Shown piece by piece: positions 1 to 11,261 of a stretch of DNA of 64,000 bases. The DNA comes from Octopus bimaculoides. Its lineage: Eukaryota. Numbering within the stretch: the first letter of the stretch is position 1; every line of letters starts with the position of its first letter. The stretch is taken from assembly GCF_001194135.2 (NCBI RefSeq), contig NC_068988.1, positions 37,127,554 to 37,191,553 of the forward strand. Reading direction: 5' to 3'. The notes under the pieces were generated by a model. The model did not search any database. It was not told the DNA's origin and worked only from the letters and a program-made list of their open reading frames with translations. The translations under genes were made by a program, and so were the position numbers.

Positions 1-72
1 TCGGTAGTGAAGTGAAAGCACGTTATAAAAATAAAACTACTGAACAATAATAATAATAATAATAATAATAAT
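1..72 (+). mobile_element. 3' tip of an R4/Dong-like RLE LINE with (AAT)n tail
   Basis: 1-48 is identical to the reverse complement of 16993-17040. It also resembles 42089-42122, which follows the RLE C-terminus KTALLGTAHILRKTLSIQ*. Followed by (AAT)n. Confidence 0.8.
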
Positions 73-630
73 GAGAAACCATACAATGAAAACGCAGACT
101 GGATCAAACGCACCCAAGATGCCTACAAAAATTTACAAGAACAGGTATGGGAAGACATCTCAATCGCCGACCAAAGGAGGGCACTAACGAAGGCTCATAA
201 GTGGAAATGTCCTGGTATTGATAGAGTACCAAATTTCTGGCTCTCATCACTCTCGTCTGTACACAAAATGTCAGTAATGCTATTTCATAGTATTATGAAA
301 GACCCGGAAAAAACTCCATATTGGATGGCAAATGGTATTTACCTTCCCAGAGCTCAGGGAGGTCGAGGCCTGATCCAGCTTGAACTTACGTACAAAACCA
401 TCACAATCGGACTGATCAAAGACCTTGAAACAACCAACGATTGGATGCTAAAACTTGTAGAAAAACATGAAAGACCGAAAAAGCTTCACTTTATTCTGAA
501 AGAGAGCAAAACACTCGCTACTGATCTCTTAGATACCCACCAGCTTCATCAGGTTGAAGGAAATGCGCCAACTGTTGCTGCAAAGAAAATAAAATTAATT
601 GCAAATACAAAAGCACGTGAAAAATTAGCT
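73..630 (+). pseudogene. R4/Dong-like LINE fragment: pre-RT region fused to post-RT region, RT core deleted
   Basis: Reads EKPYNENADWIKR...KAHKWKCPGIDRVPNFWLSSL...PYWMANGI, then directly YLPRAQGGRGLIQLELTYK...KAREKLASRW. These are the typical flanks of the RT domain in R4-clade elements. Confidence 0.8.
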
Positions 631-2030
631 AGCCGATGGGTCCTTTTCATTGTGATTTTTTCTGCACATCTTATTTTGATGGGACAGACTTTACTGGTAT
701 TTTCCCTATCTTCCTGTGAAAGTTTTTGGGTGATTTTTGAACGTGTTGTTGTCCCAAAGGAATCTAACGCGCTATTCATACCTTGCTGTGCGTGCAGCTT
801 TAGCATATACCTTTTGCTTGATCGTTTCTTTAGTGGTATCAATGTCAAATATGGTTTATATATTCTATTTTTTTTTAGTTTTCGGGTTCTTCTAAGTGTG
901 TGTAGGAATGTTGTCGTTTTCTAATCTTTTCACCCTATAGAATCGTTGAGAAGTTCGCCGATACATAGTACAAGTGGTTGAGATTTGTAATATAAGCATC
1001 AGTAGCCAAAATCATATCCCTAAGTGCAAGGCAGATTTTGCCAATTGCTTTTAGGTTTTGGTTAGAATTATGAATTTTGGGAGAGTGTCGAGTTCATTCA
1101 TACTGGTTTCTTTAATCTTCAGCCATTCAATCATCAATTGAATTTTTTCGATCATGTAGTTATGTTGGTGTAATTTCTGTGTGACTTTCTTCTCTTATCT
1201 GATTTTCATGTGCCTTAGTTTTTAATGTTGGTTCAGAGAGTATTTTACTTTGCTTATAAGTTACATTAACACTTTCAATCATTACTGCATTTTCATCAGC
1301 CCTGGGCTGGTCTATAATTATTTCCCCTGTAGTATCTCCTTTAGCTGCAGCTTCGTTCCTTTTATCCCTTACTGACTGTTTAACTTGGTCTATCTCTAAT
1401 TCAATTAGTAATTTCTTTTTCACAATGTTCAATGTTTCTTCTGTCGTTGGCAAGTTTGTTACTGTCTGTGTAGTTTCTTACTTCAAGGTCTTTCTGAATC
1501 CAGTTTAAGTAGGTTTGTACCGTATTAGATTTGTTTTGTAAGGAAATATATGGCATGATAGAATCCCGAAAGAACTTTTTTATTATCTTCCCTGGACCAT
1601 TTTTCATTCTTTCTCTTTTGGTTATTTGATGACGAGCCTGGATGGCCATCTGTTGGAATATTTCGGTTGTTAGGTACTTCCAGCATCTGTGTTTCGGGAA
1701 GATTTGAACAAGAAGCTGATTTTTCGAATAGAATGTGGTTAATCTTTCGGGCACACTGTCCTTGGTGTTCCGGTTGACGACTCACCTGGTTTGTATTTTG
1801 CTTTGTTATTATTGAGGCATGACGAGCTTGAACATTGACATTAGGGACAAATCTTTCTGTTTCGGGTTAATTTTTTGAGACAACTCCGCCTCCGAGTTCT
1901 CCGCATGTAAACATTGCTCGTAACGTAGCTTCTTCAGGCTAACAGATCTGTATTGGTATGTATTGTTTTTGTTGATAGACTTATCTCCGGGCATAGTTTT
2001 AGTGGTGCTTTTAAACTTGTGAATGGTTCA
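631..2030 (-). pseudogene. N-terminal part of an R4/Dong-like LINE ORF (frameshifted)
   Basis: Minus frames give GHPGSSSNNQKRKNEKWSREDNKKV..FYHA, NYTDSNKLANDRRNIE, and LKQKVYAKAAR..RYE...NNTFKNHPKTF, ending at KNHNEK near 631. Matches the recalled pre-RT organisation of R4-clade ORFs. Confidence 0.7.
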
Positions 2031-2059
2031 CTCTGCCATTATTATGATTGACCGTTGAC

Positions 2060-2235
2060 TGAACACTATTCAATTTTTTTTCTCCGTGTTTTTCTCCTTG
2101 TCTCCGTATTCTTTCTGTTGAAGAGCGTAGCTCGAAACGTCAAAGACTTTCCGTATTCCCGAGCGTCATACTAATATATACTTTTGTTATTTACACCACC
2201 TGTCCTCGTCTGTTGTTATTATTTGTATATTCTCC
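2060..2235 (+). mobile_element. Penelope-like element terminal repeat (pLTR) fragment
   Basis: Alignable by eye to the reverse complement of ~62570-62745, which lies downstream of a GIY-YIG ORF on the same strand. Ends in (AT)n. Confidence 0.7.
2110..2146 (+). ncRNA. Minimal type I hammerhead ribozyme-like motif (A6U variant) in a PLE pLTR
   Basis: TCTTT-CTGTTGA-A-GAGC gta GCTC-GAAA-C-GTC-AAAGA. Helix I TCTTT/AAAGA, helix II GAGC/GCTC, palindromic ACGT helix III, GUC cleavage triplet. Confidence 0.5.
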
Positions 2236-3307
2236 CATATATATATATATATATAATGTTTTTTTATATTCTGATTATTTACAGTTTATTTTAGTTTAGC
2301 TTAAATTATTTTTATTACTTTATTACATAAATGACACTAAAAAACAATTTTCTTAATCTAAAGAATTGTATTTTCTGTTTGTTTGTGTGTGTGCCTGTGT
2401 GTGTCCCCGTGTGCGTGTGCGTGTGTGTGTGTGTGCGTGTATGTATGCTTGTGTGTGTACTTGTAAGCCGAGAGTTGATTGCGATAGGGAAAAATACTAT
2501 ATATTTTTTGTAACAGTTCATGGAAAATACAGGTTACTAAAATAAAAGAGAATACGAATTTATTTAAATAAAATACTGAAAATGTAATATCTTAGATATT
2601 TTTCTTTCCAAAAATTCTTTACTAATTATATTAAGGAATACTGGAATTCAGACCTGCTTTAAATAAATTCTGCAAATGAAGAAAAATAAAATGATTAGCA
2701 ATTATCTGATTGTAGGTTTCAAAATTTAATGAGAGTGTTATTTAATATATACAATGTATGGAAGATAAAATATACTGACACTTCTTGGAACTAATCAATT
2801 ATATCTGATTAGTCGGAGTGTCGTTTGAGCAAAAATTAAATCGAGAATTCTACATTGTTCTTTCTAATTCAAATCACCAAAGTCATTTGTGAAAACTTAG
2901 CCTTTCACAGGCACTTCACTGCTTGGACATTCTAGAGACGATATCTATTGTCAAACGTAGTCCAATATCTTTTATATGCATCGGCTTGAGACAGAGAGTA
3001 ATTCAATATTTGCACTTCAAACAAGTTCTTGTAAAATTATTCAGTTGTGGAAACTTGTATTCTAACCCGAAAATATTCATGAAATAACATTTTGGGGTGG
3101 TTATATCCATCCCTACTACAGATGGTAATATTCATTCCTACTACGAAAGATGCAATGAGAAAGCAAAATGCTTTTGAAATGAAGATTGAAGCCCCATCAT
3201 CTACAAGGCTAACCTGAAGTGCGTTCTGTTAATGCACTTACTACCAATGAGTTTCTATAAAAGAAAATGTATGCATATTCAGACGACGAATGCCAATAAC
3301 AATTAGC

Positions 3308-3362
3308 AGTCACTACTGACGACACCTACAGAATAGGCGAAACCAGGCCTAGTCTGGTGATT
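3308..3362 (+). ncRNA. Type I hammerhead ribozyme fold
   Basis: AGTCACTA-CTGACGA-CA-CCTA cagaa TAGG-C-GAAA-C-CAGGCCTA-GTC-TGGTGATT. Intact CUGANGA, GAAA and GUC core; 8-bp helix I with 2 G-U pairs; near-palindromic helix III ACCAGGCCTAGT. Confidence 0.7.
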
Positions 3363-3404
3363 CTAGAGACGGTCATGGATCGATTACCTCCCCTGTCAGT
3401 ATAT

Positions 3405-3763
3405 ATATATTCTTCTATCCTTTTTATGTATCAGTCATTAAACTGCGGCCATAGATGAATGACCCCAGTACTTTTATTTTAAAGCTTGGTATTTATTCTG
3501 CTGGTTCCCTTAGCTGAACTGCTAGATTACGGGGATGTCAACACACCAATACGAGTTGTAAAATACACACATAGAAACACACATACATGCACAAACACGC
3601 ACACGTGTATATATACATAAACGACGGGACTTTTCAATTACCGTCAACCGAATCCACTCAAATGGCTTTGGTCGGCCCGAGTCTATAATAGATGACATTT
3701 GTCCAAGTTACAAACGCAGTGGACGTAAACCGGGAAACATGTGGCTGGTAAGCATGCTTCTTA
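3405..3763 (-). mobile_element. tRNA-derived SINE, family A, 5' end cut by N-gap
   Basis: Reverse complement shares GGGCCGACCAAAGCC, the GACGG..ACTGAAA core and the GGCCGCAGT..AATGACTGA tail with 31036-31420. Confidence 0.75.
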
Positions 3764-4393
3764 NNNNNNNNNNNNNNNNNNNNNNNNNNNNNNNNNNNNN
3801 NNNNNNNNNNNNNNNNNNNNNNNNNNNNNNNNNNNNNNNNNNNNNNNNNNNNNNNNNNNNNNNNNNNNNNNNNNNNNNNNNNNNNNNNNNNNNNNNNNNN
3901 NNNNNNNNNNNNNNNNNNNNNNNNNNNNNNNNNNNNNNNNNNNNNNNNNNNNNNNNNNNNNNNNNNNNNNNNNNNNNNNNNNNNNNNNNNNNNNNNNNNN
4001 NNNNNNNNNNNNNNNNNNNNNNNNNNNNNNNNNNNNNNNNNNNNNNNNNNNNNNNNNNNNNNNNNNNNNNNNNNNNNNNNNNNNNNNNNNNNNNNNNNNN
4101 NNNNNNNNNNNNNNNNNNNNNNNNNNNNNNNNNNNNNNNNNNNNNNNNNNNNNNNNNNNNNNNNNNNNNNNNNNNNNNNNNNNNNNNNNNNNNNNNNNNN
4201 NNNNNNNNNNNNNNNNNNNNNNNNNNNNNNNNNNNNNNNNNNNNNNNNNNNNNNNNNNNNNNNNNNNNNNNNNNNNNNNNNNNNNNNNNNNNNNNNNNNN
4301 NNNNNNNNNNNNNNNNNNNNNNNNNNNNNNNNNNNNNNNNNNNNNNNNNNNNNNNNNNNNNNNNNNNNNNNNNNNNNNNNNNNNNNNNNNNNN
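3764..4393. other. Assembly gap (N run). Others: 8963-9144, 19654-19663, 22564-22855, 25873-25882, 27568-27701, 39674-40085, 54444-54522, 56740-56749, 63384-63393
   Basis: N characters in the sequence. Confidence 1.
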
Positions 4394-4445
<52 letters not shown>

Positions 4446-5929
4446 TGTGTGTGTCTGTGTGTCTGTGAGTGCGTGTTGGATGTGTGCATGCGTGTTTGTA
4501 TGCATGTATATATTCTCACATAAATAATTGAACATGCAGTAATGTGATGGTATAATAGTTAAATTTTACAGATGCGCAGTTTGATTCACTCTTAAGCAGT
4601 ACCCACCACAGCATTAAATGAGAATTGAAGGTCATGTTTATAAACTTATAATTTAAATGGTAATAAACAGAGACATTGGTATGGGTGTCTATGAGGTGTT
4701 TCGGCTCTTGTCCTTTATTCACTTGTATCTGAAAATGCACAGTGAAAAAATTCAAAAGAATTTTATAGGTAGTTTTGGTGGAAGAGATGGTTAGAAAATT
4801 AGTAACTAATTTAAGTGTGATATAGTTAGGTGGTTGGTTGCATGTTAGTGAAATTATTACAAAAAATAATATATTTGTAATTGCATATTTTCCAACACAC
4901 GCACACACACCTACGCGCATGTACTGACACATACGCACACATCTATATACATTCAGACGCCCTCACACGGACACACATTATAACTACATAAGCATAACAT
5001 TCAAATCTCAATTTAATGCTATGGTGTGTTCTAGCGAAGAGTAATTCAAAATATGCATTTATTGAATTTGAAATATGGGAGAGGAAAGTAGGAGAAACAC
5101 GTTCATAGAAGAATGACTAAAGGAATTAAATGATGTTATATGTTATCAATATCTAATATTTTATAATACTACCCGAAAGTGAGTAATTTGGCTGTTTATT
5201 TAGCTAAGAGGAATAATTACTAACTGCAAATTTAATCATATTTATTAGAGAAGTTGGATAGAAATGAACAGTTTTATTAATGCGTGAATTCATGTGATTA
5301 GCTTAATGGGAATATAAGACATAACGACGCATTTGTTTTTGTAACTTAGATGTTATTTAAAAGTAAATAGGTGATTCATTTTTTTACAGTTCTATTGGTA
5401 ATTAGCTAGTGATCATTATAAATAATATATTAGTAATTTGTGAAAATGCGTCATATATATTTTAAAATTGTACACTTATTAAAGTAATTTTTAATCACTG
5501 TTCATTTAAAACTCATTTTCTAGCATTAATATCGGTTCCTATGGATAAAGAAATAATGGTATCTGTATATTTCCTCCGGAAGTTGCTTTTGAAGCAAACC
5601 TTTTAACCTTTCGGAGAAAGTGAGTTTAATTAACGTCGGCGCATATCACATGCAACGCATTTGCTCCGATGCCATCTTTCACTGCACACAAACGTACCCA
5701 CATTTTTTTTATGAAGTAAGTAAAAGTTTTGAAAACATGCACAATACATGTACATATGCATATGCATCGAACGAATAAATTGAATTTAGGTTAGTGCCAT
5801 CCACCGCTTTAATGATTATACTCACAGTCACGCACTTGCACGCACACATTCACACCCACACACATATTCACAAACATATTAATGTGTGTGTGGGTGTGTA
5901 TTCGTGTGTGTGTGTGTAAAGGTGCATTC

Positions 5930-6283
5930 GAAGCTCTGTTGTTAAGAAGCTTGCTTTGAAAGCACATGATTCCGGAAGCAGTCCTTGTGTTATCAACTAT
6001 AGCTGCGGATCGACTACAGCTTTGTTAGTGAATTACGTTGAAAATGACTGTGCGGAAGCCCGTAGAATATATAGATATATGCGTCGTGTTTCTCTCCTTG
6101 TGTCTGTGTTTGTCTTACCCACAACACCTGACAATCAGTTTAACCTCCCCTTAACTTCGTCTACGCCAATAGTATAAGGAACAGACTTTAAAGTTCTAGG
6201 ATCAATTTATACGATTAAATACTTTCAAGGTGGTGTCCCATCATAGACACATTGCAATGACTAAAGAAAGTAAGAAAATGTTA

Positions 6284-6285
<2 letters not shown>
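5930..6285 (+). mobile_element. Degraded family A SINE
   Basis: Residual head (GTTAAGAAGCTTGCTT), GAAGCCCGT core, TGTGTCTGTGTTTGTC linker and AATGACTAAAG tail, as in 31036-31420. Confidence 0.55.
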
Positions 6286-6323
<38 letters not shown>

Positions 6324-7108
6324 AGGAAAAAATATGGAGGTTATAACAACCGGTTTCACAACTGTTTGATTTTCATAAATGATGTGGAAGGATCTGAAAC
6401 CATTCCCTGATTGTCTCGACCCCGACTGGAGCCTGAAAATTTGCTTCTTTTTATGATGAAAAAAATGACTCAAATGGCTATCGTTTCGACACAGTTTTGT
6501 TTACGAAAGCTGTCCGTGAGGTTAGAGCCTCATGTAACTCTATGAATGATACTTGAAGCGTAGGTAGTCAATGTTTCCTTTGACAGTATAGACGACAATT
6601 GCTAGTTATCTCCCCATATTAAGACACGTGACAATATACAAAATAATTTTGCCAAAAGTCAGCACTCTTTATATTCTGAATAAATCATAATACAAATAAC
6701 AGGTGGTCTGAATAACCAAACATGGAGAAATGGTTTCCTTGCTTGTGTACAAGTGACGGTAAGAAGTGTATGCTTGTCTTCTAATTTCTGTGTGAGAATG
6801 TGACCTACAATAATGTAATAGCGCTCTTTGATATGTTGCTATAATTTATTGTGCCAGGGTTTGTATCTTTGAATAAACATTTACTCTTTATTTATCTGTA
6901 TTTGACGTGTAGTATTGTGAGGCAAAGACAGGACAGAAAGTTTCGAAATTTTAGTGACTAGCTAGCGGCATACAAGAATAAAACATTACTTAGTGAATTC
7001 TGACTGGTATTCGGATCTCATGTTTGTGTCTAAGAATATTGAGACTGTTTCTAGAGATAAGTTCTGTTTATTCTATGTAATCTTCCTTTTCATCTTTACC
7101 CCTAACAG

Positions 7109-7180
7109 CATAAAGCAAAGTCCTTCAGGAACAGATGAACTAGTGTGTTTTGACAATAAATATATTCCTGCTGTAAATTT
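7109..7180 (+). CDS. Candidate isolated 72-nt internal exon, phase 2-2 (IKQSPSGTDELVCFDNKYIPAVN)
   Basis: Acceptor tcttccttttcatctttacccctaacag with a CTAAC branch-like motif, donor GTAAGA, one open frame, length divisible by 3. No recognisable homology. Confidence 0.3.
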
Positions 7181-9339
7181 GTAAGATGAGCCGTCTATAA
7201 ACTTAAAGCAGGTTTCGCATTTAAATCGGCTACAATTTTCGACTATCGGTGTTGTGTTAAGTATCTGTACATACATCTTGGGAGAGATTCCAAGTCCATT
7301 TTGTAAATAGATGGAAGGAAGTCATAGATAAGCAGAGAAAGTACATTGATGATTAAATTTCAATTAAGTATAAAATTTGATCACTTGTTTTCTTTATTCA
7401 AAATTCCGACAGAACTTATGGGATGACCTGATATTTAAGGTTTTAAATATTTGTAGATTTTTCGGCGTTTGTCTTTAGTTGGAGCATATTTTTTCAGAAT
7501 CTATTGAATATCTGGATTGATGATGTGTTTTGCTACAAAACCCATTGTAGATAAAACTTTTCTTCTTGATACTAGAAGAGTTTGCTCCTGAGAAATAATT
7601 CCAGTTTATATTATAATATCATTCAATCTTTTAAGATATATTTATTTGAAAATCGAAGTGAAGTTGATTCCTAAATGTATGCGAGTATGATGAGTGAAAC
7701 ATGTTTTAATCGGCCAAGTCCGATAAATATTAGAGAAAAATATTTTTTTCATAAGGAGCTTTGGATTGTACATTTTTTGGGATGTAGATCTTATCTGGAT
7801 TTCAATCATTCGGTTATCTCAAATCTAAAAGGTGACTTAAAATATTTTTGTGACATAATTCAACTTCTAAAGGCAAATTCACTGTAGTTACCGTGGAGAA
7901 ATAATTCCCTGTTATGGTAAAATGTATATAAACATCGTATCTGCCCAGTGTTGTCTCATACTGGATTCCCAGATGCAGCATTTCTGGCTTGTTTGCCTTC
8001 ATCAACGGGAACTAACCTAAAGTTCGCTTACGCCTAATAACTGCTTGGCATTGAAATTGCTGATTTATACCAACCGAGCAGCGGTCTGATAGCGCAACTC
8101 TAGCAATTTGTTGTTTATTAGTTAAGGTTACGACTTTAAATCTACCCAGAGTTACCTCTCTTTGATATTTTTCATCAAGGATGGCTAACAGTCAGAAACC
8201 CTGTGTCTGGCAATTCGATAACGGGTAAACATTTTACCATCAGAAAGAAGTTTTTTCTTCACAGTAATTGCAATAAATTTCCCTTTAAACTTTGAAATAT
8301 GTCACAGACATATTTTAACTAACTTATAGTTTTCGCTTATATCTCATCACCTGTTTGGCGCTGATAAGGCTGATATATTTGTAAGTATGCGAGTATATAC
8401 GTATTTGCATGTGTATCTCGATGTGTGCGAACTGCTATAAAAATACTTTTCCATATGCTGAACAGTAATGCACTGGTATTCAATAAATATAAAATGAACG
8501 TAATGCAGTCTTTGATATGATTGACCTCAGTACAGTGGTCTAGTATGGCCGATGTTCAATAACTGAAAGAAGCAAATGAATAAAATAATACAAGTATATA
8601 TGCAAGCTTAGTGTTCAGAAATGTTAACGTGTTTCATTTAATGCCCAACACTGTTTTAATCTTTTATGCTATGGAGAAAACTTGTAGTTAAGTACATTGG
8701 GCTGATTTATTCATCCCCACTGACAAACAGTTCGTTTTCTGTCTCTGACGTGTAGTTCGACCTGAAACGTTCGACTTCTCTACCTCTTTATGGTATGTAA
8801 TATTATTCTACTGTGTGACCACGTTTGTAATTACGATTTTATTATTGCTAGTTTCTTTGGAACCTACTGTTTTATTATAGCTTTTAGCGTTTATTCGATG
8901 TTCTACATTTTATAGAGATTCATATTGCTTTACGCATTCGACAATAATTAATCTTAGTCAAANNNNNNNNNNNNNNNNNNNNNNNNNNNNNNNNNNNNNN
9001 NNNNNNNNNNNNNNNNNNNNNNNNNNNNNNNNNNNNNNNNNNNNNNNNNNNNNNNNNNNNNNNNNNNNNNNNNNNNNNNNNNNNNNNNNNNNNNNNNNNN
9101 NNNNNNNNNNNNNNNNNNNNNNNNNNNNNNNNNNNNNNNNNNNNATATATAATTCATTGTACGACTAATTAGAATTAATCTGTTTCATACAGCTTGTGAA
9201 ATACCTCTACACGGAAACTTACAAAAACACACTCACTCGTACAAAAACACTTACAGAAACACTCTCGCAGTAATGGATCAATACACATATTTGTGCATGA
9301 TGATTATAGATAGTGAGGTATAAACTGACTCACACACGA

Positions 9340-9630
9340 AACTATGGTCATGATGATGGTGAGGACGAAGATGACGAACAGGGAGAGAAGGTAGAGGTGG
9401 AGGTAGAGGACAAAGAGAGAGGATGGGGGATGAGGTGGAGAAGACGGGTGATGACCACGAAAACGAAGTCAACGAAGACAAAGACGGTGTTGATATTGGT
9501 GATGACAATATTGATGACGAAGATGACGAAGACGACGACGAGGACAGCGAAGATGGCGACAATGGAGGACGACAACAGTTACGACAGCAATGGTGATATT
9601 GGGAACGGCAAACTATGCTACAAATGATGT
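9340..9630. repeat. Purine-rich low-complexity (GAT/GAC/GAG)n region
   Basis: Degenerate trinucleotide runs. Confidence 0.8.
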
Positions 9631-10394
9631 TGAAGATTTATTGGCTTCGAATAACTTTTATGCTGGTACTACAATATTTACGATAAGAATAAGAAGTAGT
9701 TTGCTTCAATTAGCATTCCGTTAATGCATTTTACTTCAGCCACGTGTACTAGAGTACACGTTGGCTTGACGTGCAATATCCGTTCACTATTATTTTCATT
9801 TTACATAATAACCAGGGCGTTCCATTTGATACTTAAATTTAGAAGATAGTACCTCCCCAGATGAAGAGTCAATGTACTTAATTTTATTTCATTTGATCTC
9901 AAACACCGTGATGCGAAACATGAACTTTAACTGAGTCAATCTTAGAGTGATCGTTAGATCTAAATCAAACAGCAGTCAAGATTTCCCCTCAAACTACACT
10001 TCAAAATCTTTGAAGGTCAATACCATATTATATGTCAATCTGATGATGCTTCTTTCGCCCATAACACGCCACTACATGAAATGATATAGAGTGTAAATGT
10101 TTCAGATGTCAAATACAATAGCATACAAACCAGTTGTACAGCATCTATGAAGCAATTTCAATGAGGTGTGTTGCTAATTCTAGTAGCAAATCCTTCACAA
10201 CTCGCGTATTTTTTTTTTTTTATCCTGAAAGGCCAGACAGAGGTAGCGAACTCATACATCGCCTCCGTCGTATATTATCGCCTGAACGACGTGCCTTGCC
10301 CCAATTAATGTCTAACTAGACGCGAACGCGTATTCTTCTACTTTCTATGGAAGGGACGCGTTCCACTGGTCAGGTTCTCCTATGATTATTATTA

Positions 10395-10491
<97 letters not shown>

Positions 10492-10514
10492 CATTATTAT
10501 TATTATCATCATTG

Positions 10515-10722
10515 TGTTGTGCGCTAGCAGAATCATTACCATGCCGGGCAAAATTCCTGTATTTCGCTGGTCTTCACTTTCTGGATTCAAATTCCGCCGA
10601 GGTTGTCTTCGCCTTTCATCCTTTCGTGATCTATAAATTAAGTACCAATAAAACACTGGGGTCGATGTAATCCACTAACACTCCTACCTCAAATTTCATA
10701 CCAGTACGTTTAGTAGTAAGCA
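10515..10722 (+). mobile_element. tRNA-derived SINE, family C
   Basis: TAGCAGAATC A-box-like, GGATTCAAATTCC B-box-like, CCTTTCATCCTTTCG..AAGTACC..CTGGGGTCGAT body; (ATT)n flanks. Confidence 0.75.
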
Positions 10723-10741
10723 TTATTATTATTATTATTAT

Positions 10742-10782
<41 letters not shown>

Positions 10783-10908
10783 ATAGTAGTAGCAACAGCA
10801 GTAGCAGTAATAGTAGTATTTTAGTCCTTGCGTCATTTCCATCCCCATCTATTAACACATTTAATTCGTTATATTTTTTTGCATCATTCTATATCTCCAT
10901 TTCTGTGT

Positions 10909-10952
<44 letters not shown>

Positions 10953-11204
10953 CTCTCTCTCTCTCTCTCTCCTATAGTTTGTGCGTGCATGTGCGTGTGT
11001 ATGTGTGTGTGCACGCACGTATATGTGTGTATGTGTCATTTTGTCGTTAATTATTTAGTGTATTTGATTTTCTGTTACCCTAATTTTTCTTTCGTATCAT
11101 CAGCACCACCGAGTTGAACAAAGCCACCACGATCACCAACGTATAATTACTATCTTCCTTCTTGATGTCTTAGTTATTAGTATTATCATAATAATAGTGA
11201 TAAC

Positions 11205-11261
<57 letters not shown>

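Noticed and set aside
3242-3254. 13-nt minus-strand micro-exon with a perfect GTAAGT donor
   Set aside because: It lies within the probable mobile element carrying the 3308 hammerhead and is too short to distinguish from chance.
3708-4535. Long ORFs spanning N runs (also near 22.5, 27.5, 39.6 and 54.3 kb) and HT/CV/YI dipeptide ORFs
   Set aside because: Artefacts of assembly gaps and (CA)/(TG)/(TA) repeats.
8741-8775. Hammerhead-like GTCT-CTGACGT-GTAGTTCGACCT-GAAACGTT-CGAC
   Set aside because: A9 is changed, helix II is weak and helix I is only 3 bp; at most a decayed PLE end.
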